This document shows, in pieces, positions 1 through 8,021 of a DNA stretch of 42,465 nucleotides. The notes beneath the pieces are model-generated. The model worked only from the letters and a program-made list of their open reading frames with translations. It did no database searches and had not been told where the DNA came from. Made by a program: the position numbers and the translations under genes. Within the stretch, counting starts at the first letter, position 1, and each line of letters begins with the position of its first letter. The DNA comes from an uncultured Methanosarcinales archaeon (GTDB lineage Archaea > Nanobdellota > Nanobdellia > Woesearchaeales > CAZPJY01), in contig CAZPJY010000016.1 of NCBI GenBank assembly GCA_964587045.1, positions 1-42,465 on the forward strand, given 5' to 3'.

Positions 1-29
1 ACATCCCTTCTCACCAGATTTCCTTTGCG

Positions 30-2927
30 TCATGTTTGGATGGCCTGCGCGCTGTCCTGCACGAGGATCTCGTTGTCGCCAGGCCAGGCCTCGAACCCGC
101 TGCCAGTGTCCCTGTACCAGGTGACGTTTGCCATGGGCGTGTCCTCGGCATCGGGCTCGTACACCGCGACAGCGCATGAGATGCTGTTGGCGATGTTGGG
201 GGATGCCGGCGTGACGTTCACCGTCACAAGCTGCGGAGCATGGTCGACGGTAAAATTCGGGGATTGGTCGTAAGCGCTGTAGTCTTCGGAGTCAAAGGCC
301 TGTACTCTCAGGCTGTATGTCAGGCTTTTAGGGAAGAGGGTTGCGTTCCAGTACCAACCTGTGTAGTCTGCCTCGAGCCCAGCCACCTGCAGTCTGCCCT
401 CTGACGCGCTGACATTCACGATGAGCGTGCAGTTCTCCCACTCCCCGGACCCGCACGCGCCGAGACCAGCTATCAGGCTCGCTGTTAGGTTGGCTTCATC
501 GCAGCCCCGCAGCCATGTCTTATTCCACACAAGCGTCCCGTTAACCCTGACCTCCGGCTGCTCAGGGTACTGGAAGTTCATCTCCCTGAAGGCTATGTCG
601 TCGTCGAGCGTGGTGTCGTTCTGGCTCTTCCACGCGACCTCGAAAGCCCCGTCTATGAGGCCCACTTGGGGTCTGGTCTGGTTGCGCGTCTCGTTGATGA
701 GAAGTATCTCCTGCTGCCATGAGCCGTTGTACTCCCTGACATATATTTTCTCGTCGCCCGACAACACTTCCATCCAAGCGACCAGGAGGTTGCCGGATTC
801 GACGTCTATGTCCGGGTACTGCTGGGTCTCTCCCGTGCTGTCGTTGGATATCTCGCTTATGCTGCTCCAGCCTGACCCGTTGAACTCCCTTAGCATAATG
901 TCATAGTCCGTTGCGCCTTGCCTCTCGGACCATACGATGTAGGCATTCTCGCCCTCGGCGGCGATTGACGGGTAGTACTGGTCTTCGGTTCCGGAATCAG
1001 AGCTTATCTCAGCTTCAGGCTCCCATGCTGTCCCGTTGTACCTCCTCATGACGATGTCGTAGTCTCCGTCTCCCCTGTCCATCCAGACCGCGTAGATGTA
1101 AGGGTAAGCGGCCGCGATCTTCGGATATTCCTGGTCCTCGACGCCTGAGTCGGATGAGAGGACCTCCTCATCCTGCCAAGCACCGGATACGCGCCTCCTG
1201 AAGTAGATGTCATAGTCGCCGTCCTGGGCGTCCTGCCATATGACGTAAACCTCATCCCCGGCGGCGGCCACATCAGGGTTGACCTGGAACTCGCCGGCCG
1301 TATCGTTGCTCACCTCGAAGACAGGGTTCCATCCTGTCCCGTTGTGCTCTGTGAAGTAGATGTCGCTCTCCGCCCCGACCTCATGCCAGACCACGAAGGC
1401 CGTGGTGGAGTTGGCCCCGATGGACCCTCCCTGCTGGTTCAGTCCTCCGCTGACCGTGTCAATCGCGCTCCATGATGCGCCGTCATAGCTCCTGTACTTC
1501 AGGGTGGGCAGGCCGGCCCTGTCCTCCCACAGGACGTGGAAGGTGGTGCCGCCCGAAGCGGCCTTCGGGTTGATCTGCTGGTTCACCTGATCCTCGGACA
1601 GGTCGAGCTCTTCACCCCAGTACCTGTCGGTCGAGTTGGGAAGGCCCTGCAGCGAGAGCGAAGCAGAGGTCAGGTTGGATGCTGCCGGCAGGTCTACGGA
1701 AAGCGAGAAGGACTCCGTGCCGCCGAGCAGCCTCTCATAGGTCTGTAGGGACCCGTTGAATTCCGTGACCCGGCCAACGCCATCGGCCAGCGTCTGCCAT
1801 GATGCTCCTGTCGTATAGTTTATCCTGTAGGTGAGGGGGTCGCCGTCCCCGTCTGACGGGGTGGACCACCTGACTGTCAGGTTGGATGTCACCAACTCCC
1901 CTCCCGCAGGCGATGTGATGTTGGGGGTGGATGGGATGTGGTTCGAGATAGAGACGGTGTCGGATGCGACCTGCGGGTAGTAGTTCTGTGAAGAGCAGCT
2001 CACATTATAACCTTGCGCCCCGGAAGATGCGAAATCCTGCGTCGCCTCATACGCTGTGCCGTTGTAGGCCATTGGCGTCTGGGCGCAGCAAGTGATTAGG
2101 TAGCAGCTGGCTTGTATGGCCGTCGCGTTCTGCGAATCAGAGTAGTTGGCATAGAAATGTGCTGTCTCCCCCTTGTACACGGTAAGCGAACCTCCCTTAA
2201 GGTCGGTCGAGTCCCATACCTCCAGCGTCGAGTTGGGCGAAAGGGTGAACTGCCAGGTGGCGGAGCTGCCTGTCTCATTGAAGTCGTTTCGGCAGGCGAC
2301 GTTCCACGAGTGGTTGCCAAGGCCTATCGAAGCGTTCGGCGTGATTGCAGCCCCGGTCCCGTTGATCACGACGACCTGCCCCGCTGGGGTGCCGTCGACG
2401 TACAGGTCGCAGTCCTGTACTGTGTCGTTGGAGTCATAGAGCGTGAAGTTGAACCGTTCCTCGTATGAAACGCTCCCGTTGCCGGGCCAAGTGAGGTTTA
2501 TCGACCCGAGCCAGGGGTCCAGATCAACTGGCCATCCGTCAACTATAAGCGAGAAGTTCCACTTGGTGGCTGTGGCGGCTGCCGGCATGCTGATGTCCAC
2601 CCTGAAGCTCTCGGTTATCCCGTATCCGAACTGGAAGTTGGTCAGGTTTTCCAGCATCTGCCATGCGGAGCCGTTTCGCCATGATATGTTGTATGCGATC
2701 TGCACGGGGGACGTATCCTTGTTTTGGAAGGTCACGTTGTGTGGCAAGGATGATACAGTCGAGTTCCATACCGTGACGTCGATGTAGGAAGAGCAGCTCG
2801 GGTTGCACCAGTAGTTGTCCGCATCGCTTATGACCGTAACGTTGTTTTCCTCATAGTAGGTGGCGTTGGTGGTGGCGAGCACCATCACGAGGAGTACCAG
2901 AAGTCCGAGCAGGGTCGCCTTACGCAT
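30..2927 (-). CDS. Secreted/cell-surface glycoprotein (965 aa): signal peptide, Ig/FN3-like domains and a 7-bladed beta-propeller
   Basis: N-terminus MRK plus hydrophobic stretch; many N-x-S/T sequons; seven ~50-aa repeats of type W..E.(L/I)S.D....Q..P.IAA....Y.VW.D..DGDYDI..R...G.W; GGAGGTG upstream; start overlaps the stop of the upstream gene. Confidence 0.85.
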   Translation of the reverse strand: MRKATLLGLLVLLVMVLATTNATYYEENNVTVISDADNYWCNPSCSSYIDVTVWNSTVSSLPHNVTFQNKDTSPVQIAYNISWRNGSAWQMLENLTNFQFGYGITESFRVDISMPAAATATKWNFSLIVDGWPVDLDPWLGSINLTWPGNGSVSYEERFNFTLYDSNDTVQDCDLYVDGTPAGQVVVINGTGAAITPNASIGLGNHSWNVACRNDFNETGSSATWQFTLSPNSTLEVWDSTDLKGGSLTVYKGETAHFYANYSDSQNATAIQASCYLITCCAQTPMAYNGTAYEATQDFASSGAQGYNVSCSSQNYYPQVASDTVSISNHIPSTPNITSPAGGELVTSNLTVRWSTPSDGDGDPLTYRINYTTGASWQTLADGVGRVTEFNGSLQTYERLLGGTESFSLSVDLPAASNLTSASLSLQGLPNSTDRYWGEELDLSEDQVNQQINPKAASGGTTFHVLWEDRAGLPTLKYRSYDGASWSAIDTVSGGLNQQGGSIGANSTTAFVVWHEVGAESDIYFTEHNGTGWNPVFEVSNDTAGEFQVNPDVAAAGDEVYVIWQDAQDGDYDIYFRRRVSGAWQDEEVLSSDSGVEDQEYPKIAAAYPYIYAVWMDRGDGDYDIVMRRYNGTAWEPEAEISSDSGTEDQYYPSIAAEGENAYIVWSERQGATDYDIMLREFNGSGWSSISEISNDSTGETQQYPDIDVESGNLLVAWMEVLSGDEKIYVREYNGSWQQEILLINETRNQTRPQVGLIDGAFEVAWKSQNDTTLDDDIAFREMNFQYPEQPEVRVNGTLVWNKTWLRGCDEANLTASLIAGLGACGSGEWENCTLIVNVSASEGRLQVAGLEADYTGWYWNATLFPKSLTYSLRVQAFDSEDYSAYDQSPNFTVDHAPQLVTVNVTPASPNIANSISCAVAVYEPDAEDTPMANVTWYRDTGSGFEAWPGDNEILVQDSAQAIQT

Positions 2928-3240
2928 GGTCCACCTCCAGATACCACCTTTTAGTCTTGCTCTCGAACCTGAACCTGGCGGTCAGCTGCCTGTCAGGATC
3001 CAGGCCAACCATCATCTCGCGCGGTATTGTGGTCTCGTAGCTGGTGCCGCGCCTGTATACGGACCTTGATATGATATTTCGGCCTTCCCTCCTGCGTTGG
3101 GAGAAGTCGAGGTAGAATCTGCCTTCGAACGAGAAAACCACATGGAGATTGGAGGGGTCGTGCCCGAAGAGCAAGGGCTTTGGTATTGTGACCTCAAAGC
3201 TGGATGCTCTCCTGTAGACCTTCCTCGTCAGCTCCCTCAT
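2920..3240 (-). CDS. Small protein with two AbrB/MazE-like swapped-hairpin motifs, putative DNA-binding regulator
   Basis: Internal duplication RKVYRRASSFEVTIPK / RSVYRRGTSYETTIPR resembling the AbrB N-terminal signature; AT-rich promoter region upstream. Confidence 0.6.
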   Translation of the reverse strand: MRELTRKVYRRASSFEVTIPKPLLFGHDPSNLHVVFSFEGRFYLDFSQRRREGRNIISRSVYRRGTSYETTIPREMMVGLDPDRQLTARFRFESKTKRWYLEVDHA

Positions 3241-3243
3241 GCT

Positions 3244-3322
3244 ACCACTATACTTATAAAAATACTCATATAAATTATTTTAAATATATTTAAAAATATC
3301 TTTAGAAATATACTTATATAAA
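3244..3322. promoter_or_regulatory. AT-rich promoter region with repeated TATACTTATA
   Basis: TATACTTATA at 3249-3258 and 3309-3318, variant ATACTCATAT at 3262-3271; several TATA-like hexamers. Confidence 0.5.
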
Positions 3323-3384
3323 TGTTTTGGATTGGGAGCGCAGTTCCACAAGGGATATATAGCGGGCTTCTTTCCCATAAAGGT

Positions 3385-3543
3385 ATGACACTCGACAAGA
3401 TAGTCAATCCAATGGGAAGCTACACACCCGTAAAAGCTAAGATCAAGGCGAAGTACAAGTTGAAGAGTTATGGCAAGTATTATAGGAGCTATGGCAAGGA
3501 TCCCTATTCCACAGTCACGCTCTTGGCCAGGTTCCGCGGCTGA
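3385..3543 (+). CDS. Small basic K/Y-rich hypothetical protein (52 aa)
   Basis: ATG at 3385 about 25 nt after a TATATA box; genome-like codon use (AAG, TAC); SYGK repeated twice; 3' end overlaps the glmS end by 40 bp. Confidence 0.45.
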   Translation: MTLDKIVNPMGSYTPVKAKIKAKYKLKSYGKYYRSYGKDPYSTVTLLARFRG

Positions 3544-5312
3544 TCGACGTCGCAGCCCCTTTCTACAGCGATGTAATACGCGAGCAGCTGGAGCGGTATC
3601 ACGTTTAGGACCGGCGAGAGCAATGCGTCTATGGAAGGCACCCTTATGGCGTCGTCAGCCAGAGCCGCTGCAGCATCGTCATCAGTGACTGCCAGTATCC
3701 TGCCCTTCCTTGCCCTGACCTCCTCCATGTTGGACAGCACTTTCTCATAAGCCCCGTTCCTGCACGCGATGAAGACGACAGGCATGTGCTCGTCAATCAG
3801 CGCGATGGGTCCGTGCTTCATTTCTGCCGCGGGGTACCCCTCAGCGTGTAAGTATGATATCTCCTTGAGTTTCAAGGCCCCCTCAAGCGCGACTGGGAAA
3901 TTCATCCCCCGGCCCAGGTAGATGAAGTTCCTGTTCTTGGCATATTCAGAGGCCAAGGCCTTGATCGTATCCGCATACCCGAGCGCCTCGGAAATCTTTT
4001 TTGGGAGGCCTGCGAGCTCACCTGCAAGACGCGAGAACTCTGACCTGGAAAGGGTCTTCCTCTCAAGTCCAAGCCTCAATGCCAGAAGGAAAAGGCAGGT
4101 CACCTGCCCTGTGAAGGCCTTAGTGCTCGCGACACCGATCTCTGGGCCTGCATGTATGTAGATGCCGCCGTCGACCTCCCTTGCAATGGTGCTGCCGACC
4201 ACATTGGATATCCCCAGCACCTTGGACCCCCTCCTCCTGGCCTCACGCAGTGCCGCGAGTGTGTCAGCTGTCTCTCCTGACTGTGATATGACAATTACGA
4301 GGTCGCCTTTCGAAATGACCGGGTCCCTGTAGCGGAACTCCGAAGCGTAGTCGACCTCCACCGGGACGCGGCTTAGTTTCTCGATAAGGTATTTCCCCAC
4401 CAGTGCCGCATGCCATGACGTACCGCATGCGATGAGCAGTATCCTGGACACTCTCCTAATCTCCGCTGTCTCCATGTTCAGGCCGCCAAACTTAACCCCC
4501 TTTGAAGGGTCGATTCTCCCCCTGAAGGCGTTGCGTACGGTCTCGGGCTGCTCGAAAATCTCCTTTTCCATGAAGTGGGCGTACCCTTGCTTCTCAATGC
4601 GTTCGAGGTCCCATGTTATCCTCTCCTCTCCCACATCAAGCCTGCGGCCCTTGAGGTTCAGTATCTGGTGGCCGTCATCGGTGAGGACCGCCATCATGCC
4701 GTCCTCCAGCGCGATGAACCTCTTGGTATGCTCGGCGATGGCTGACGGGTCGGATGCTATGAACCTTCCGTCCTTGCGGATGCCGATGATCAGAGGTGAA
4801 CCGTTCCTTGCTGCGACAATCTTTCGTTCACCCTTGTGCAGGACAGCTATCCCGAAGGTCCCCTGCACCTTTGACAAGGCCTCTGCTACGGCCCTGGTCA
4901 AGTCGCCGCGATAGAACTCCTCAATCAGGTGGACGAGCACCTCAGAATCGGTCTTGGAGGAGAACTTGTGGCCCTTCAGGATCTTCTTGAGGCTCTCATA
5001 GTTCTCGATTATGCCGTTGTGCACGAGGAATATCTCGCCCTTGCAGTCGGCGTGTGGGTGGGCGTTTGCTACGGACGGCTCGCCGTGCGTTGCCCATCGC
5101 GTGTGCGCGATTCCGGCTGTCCCGCGGAGACTTTTCGGGACCTTTGCTTTCAGCACTGATATCTTACCAAGCGCCCTGTAGAGCCGGACCCGGTCACCAT
5201 TGAGGACTGCGATGCCGGCAGAGTCGTAGCCGCGATACTCCAGGCGCTCAAGCCCTCTCAGGAGTATGGGGGCTGCTCGCTTTACGCCAATGTAGCCAAA
5301 TATTCCGCACAT
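3504..5312 (-). CDS. glmS: Glutamine--fructose-6-phosphate aminotransferase
   Basis: MCGIFG N-terminus (start moved to 5312 so that Cys is N-terminal), RGYDSAG, HTRWATHG, SQSGETADT, VASTKAFT, C-terminal PRNLAKSVTVE. Confidence 0.98.
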   Translation of the reverse strand: MCGIFGYIGVKRAAPILLRGLERLEYRGYDSAGIAVLNGDRVRLYRALGKISVLKAKVPKSLRGTAGIAHTRWATHGEPSVANAHPHADCKGEIFLVHNGIIENYESLKKILKGHKFSSKTDSEVLVHLIEEFYRGDLTRAVAEALSKVQGTFGIAVLHKGERKIVAARNGSPLIIGIRKDGRFIASDPSAIAEHTKRFIALEDGMMAVLTDDGHQILNLKGRRLDVGEERITWDLERIEKQGYAHFMEKEIFEQPETVRNAFRGRIDPSKGVKFGGLNMETAEIRRVSRILLIACGTSWHAALVGKYLIEKLSRVPVEVDYASEFRYRDPVISKGDLVIVISQSGETADTLAALREARRRGSKVLGISNVVGSTIAREVDGGIYIHAGPEIGVASTKAFTGQVTCLFLLALRLGLERKTLSRSEFSRLAGELAGLPKKISEALGYADTIKALASEYAKNRNFIYLGRGMNFPVALEGALKLKEISYLHAEGYPAAEMKHGPIALIDEHMPVVFIACRNGAYEKVLSNMEEVRARKGRILAVTDDDAAAALADDAIRVPSIDALLSPVLNVIPLQLLAYYIAVERGCDVDQPRNLAKSVTVE

Positions 5313-5400
5313 CGGTGATTTCTGTTTGTATTCACACATATAAGACTTGTTAAACTACTTTTCAGAAAGTTTCTTAAAGTGAAATGCACATTTTCATATC

Positions 5401-6357
5401 ATGAAAAATGTGGGTTCAGTCATGACTGTCCTCAGGTATGCCTTCCCGCCCGACCACAACGTCCTTGAGGCCATCAAGATGGTGATAAGCGAGGAGACCT
5501 ACGGATGCGCAATCATCATTGACGAGGGCAAGCCTGTAGGGATAGTGACTGAGAGGGATTACATCAGGAAGGTGATCGCAAAGGACCTGAACCCGCACCA
5601 GCTGAAGTTCTCGGACATCATGACTTCCCCGGTCATAACAGTTCCAAAAAACATGGGCGTCATCGCAGCAGGGAAGGTCATGAAGGAAAAAGGTGTCAAG
5701 AGGCTGCCGGTCGTGGAGGGTGATCGGCCCGTCGGCGTGGTGACCAGCAATGAGATAGCACACGCCATGGTAGAGGACATAGACGAGCTCTCCAACCTCA
5801 TGAGGGAATCTGTCATCGACCTTGAGGAGTACAGGAAGATCTCCCAAGAGTATGTGGCCTTTGAAGGCTTCGACTCGGAGCTGTTGGGGCAGCACATCCA
5901 GCTCGACGACAACTGCAGCATCCTAAACCCTGTGTCGGACATAATGACCAGCAAGGTGCACACAGTAAGGAAGAGCACGGACGCAGTCGATATAGCGAAG
6001 AGGATAGACCAAGACAGGGTGGACTGCGCAGTGGTCACGGAAAAAGGCGTTCCTATAGGGACTGTCAGCGAGCGCACCCTGCTGAGGAGGGTCATCATCG
6101 ACAACCACAACCCGCTCAAGCTCACCGCCAAGGACATAATGCTGTCCCCAGTGATAACCGCCAAGCCCGAGACTCCCATAGTCACCGCCTCAAGGATTAT
6201 GAGGAAGTTCGGCCACGGCAGGCTGGTGATAACCGAAAACGGAAAGATGGTTGGGTTGGTGACCGAAGTAAACATCCTGGAGACTATGTTCGAGCTGGCC
6301 AAAGACCTGCATTGGCGCATAATCGGAAGATGGCATGACGGTGATTTCAGACAATGA
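5401..6357 (+). CDS. CBS-domain protein with four CBS motifs (two Bateman modules), paralog 1
   Basis: Repeated GIVTERD / DIM.SPVIT / RLPVV..G..VGVVT motifs. Confidence 0.9.
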   Translation: MKNVGSVMTVLRYAFPPDHNVLEAIKMVISEETYGCAIIIDEGKPVGIVTERDYIRKVIAKDLNPHQLKFSDIMTSPVITVPKNMGVIAAGKVMKEKGVKRLPVVEGDRPVGVVTSNEIAHAMVEDIDELSNLMRESVIDLEEYRKISQEYVAFEGFDSELLGQHIQLDDNCSILNPVSDIMTSKVHTVRKSTDAVDIAKRIDQDRVDCAVVTEKGVPIGTVSERTLLRRVIIDNHNPLKLTAKDIMLSPVITAKPETPIVTASRIMRKFGHGRLVITENGKMVGLVTEVNILETMFELAKDLHWRIIGRWHDGDFRQ

Positions 6358-7310
6358 AGAAAGTCAGCGAGATCATGAGCGTTTTGAAGCATTCCTTCAG
6401 CCCCGATGAGCCTGCTAGCCAGGGGATCAAAGTTGTCTTGGGAGGGGACGCTAACAGATGTGTGATAATCCATGACGCAAATCTGACACCGATCGGCATC
6501 ATAACCGAGAAGGACTACTTCACGAAGGTCATCGTCAAGGATAAGGACCTCTCCTCTCTTACCCTCAACGACATAATGAACTCCCCCATAATCACGGTCA
6601 GCCCGGACCTGAGCGTCATCCAGGCCGGAAAAATCATGAAGGAGAAGCGTATCAAGAGGCTTCCAGTAAAAGAGGACAGCGAGATCAAAGGAGTCGTCAC
6701 GAGCAATATGATCGCTCACGCGATCGTGGAATCGCTTGACATGATGTCATCCCTGCTTCGCGAGACCTCGATAGACATAGATAGCTATAACGAGATATCG
6801 CATGAGTACGTGAACTTTGAGGGGTACGACTCAGACCTCCTGGGCGAGAACCTGAAGATAGACGACATGTACAGGATAGCGAACAATGTGTCTGAAATAA
6901 TGTCAAGCGAAGTGCTGGCGGTCCACCAGGATGAGAGTATTATCACAGCGTCCAAGATGATGGCAGAGAAGGCAGTGAGCTCGATAATAGTGTCAGACGG
7001 AGAGTCCGCAGTCGGGCTAATCACAGAACGTGTCGTCCTAAATTCAATCTTCATCGAAAACAAGGACCCGACATCCCGCTGCTCGGATATAATGATATCA
7101 CCAGTGGTCACCATAGCTCCAGAAGCGACTATAATAGAGGCCTCTGCCTTGATGAAGGAGAAGGGGATCGGACGCCTCCTGGTCGCAGATGGCGGAAACG
7201 TCAAGGGCATAGTGACGGATACAGACATCCTGACCGCGATGTTCGAACTCGCAAAAGACCTGCACTACAGAATTCTCGGCCGGTGGCAGGACAGCGACAT
7301 CAGGACTTGA
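6354..7310 (+). CDS. CBS-domain protein with four CBS motifs, paralog 2
   Basis: Same 318-aa length and motifs as the upstream gene; ATGA overlap. Confidence 0.9.
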   Translation: MKKVSEIMSVLKHSFSPDEPASQGIKVVLGGDANRCVIIHDANLTPIGIITEKDYFTKVIVKDKDLSSLTLNDIMNSPIITVSPDLSVIQAGKIMKEKRIKRLPVKEDSEIKGVVTSNMIAHAIVESLDMMSSLLRETSIDIDSYNEISHEYVNFEGYDSDLLGENLKIDDMYRIANNVSEIMSSEVLAVHQDESIITASKMMAEKAVSSIIVSDGESAVGLITERVVLNSIFIENKDPTSRCSDIMISPVVTIAPEATIIEASALMKEKGIGRLLVADGGNVKGIVTDTDILTAMFELAKDLHYRILGRWQDSDIRT

Positions 7311-7779
7311 GCCTTCTGATTATCTTATCGAAGTCAACATCCTCATCTGTCCGCACCAGCATCACCTTATGGCCTGCATCTTCCGCCTCCGTCCTGCAGA
7401 CCTCCATCGTCTCTGCCTCGAGGTTCTCCTGCACTTTGGAAGGGGGGTATTGACGTGCCTCTAGGCGCCGCTTAAGCTCCGCAAGGCCGCATGTAGTGAT
7501 GACGCACAATCCCACCTTCTCCGCCGGTAGGTTGTGGCTTAGGTGGGAATCGATGACGCAGTCAGATCCAGAGAAGTCTCTCACCAGCCCGGCAGAGAGC
7601 CTCTTCTCATCTACGATGTCGCACATCCTCTCCTCATCATAACCCTCGGAGAGCCCTTTCTCCTTTATGAATCTATTGACATCCACATACTTGTAGCCGA
7701 GCCTCTTTGCGAGCTCCTTGGCAAGACGGGTCTTGCCTGTCCCAGGGGTCCCTGACACCGCGATTAGAACCATCTTCAT
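7300..7779 (-). CDS. Adenylate kinase, AK6/Fap7 (archaeal/eukaryotic) family
   Basis: GTPGTGKT P-loop, VIDSHLSH, L..RL..R.Y...KV.EN.EAE. Confidence 0.9.
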   Translation of the reverse strand: MKMVLIAVSGTPGTGKTRLAKELAKRLGYKYVDVNRFIKEKGLSEGYDEERMCDIVDEKRLSAGLVRDFSGSDCVIDSHLSHNLPAEKVGLCVITTCGLAELKRRLEARQYPPSKVQENLEAETMEVCRTEAEDAGHKVMLVRTDEDVDFDKIIRRLKS

Positions 7780-8021
7780 ATGAGCGTCGAGATTTCATCC
7801 AGCTCCTTGCTCAGAGTTGCCAGGTCCTCGACTACCTCTCCCTGTATCGCCACAGCATCATTTGTATCTGTCACTATGGGAGCGCGGGGCTCCTCGTTCA
7901 CGTTGAATTCCATGGACTTCCTCTTCTCAATCTCCTGCTGCAGGGCGAATATTCCGACCACCAGGAGAACTACCACTCCCAAGATGAATATAGTTTCCCC
8001 TCCTGTGATTCCTCTCTTCAT
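7776..8021 (-). CDS. Small membrane protein with a class III (pilin-like) signal peptide
   Basis: MKRG|ITGGE followed by a hydrophobic helix (Glu at +5); ATGA overlaps with both neighbours. Confidence 0.6.
   Translation of the reverse strand: MKRGITGGETIFILGVVVLLVVGIFALQQEIEKRKSMEFNVNEEPRAPIVTDTNDAVAIQGEVVEDLATLSKELDEISTLI

Noticed and set aside
2920..3240. Toxin-antitoxin module
   Set aside because: The AbrB-like gene is followed by a secreted protein, not a PIN/MazF-type toxin
5313..5339. Upstream start for glmS
   Set aside because: GlmS requires an N-terminal Cys after Met removal, giving start 5312
5416..7228. Long antisense ORFs over the CBS genes, and similar ones over glgP, PHP and the giant CDS
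   Set aside because: Shadow frames produced by GC-biased codon usage; no recognisable motifs
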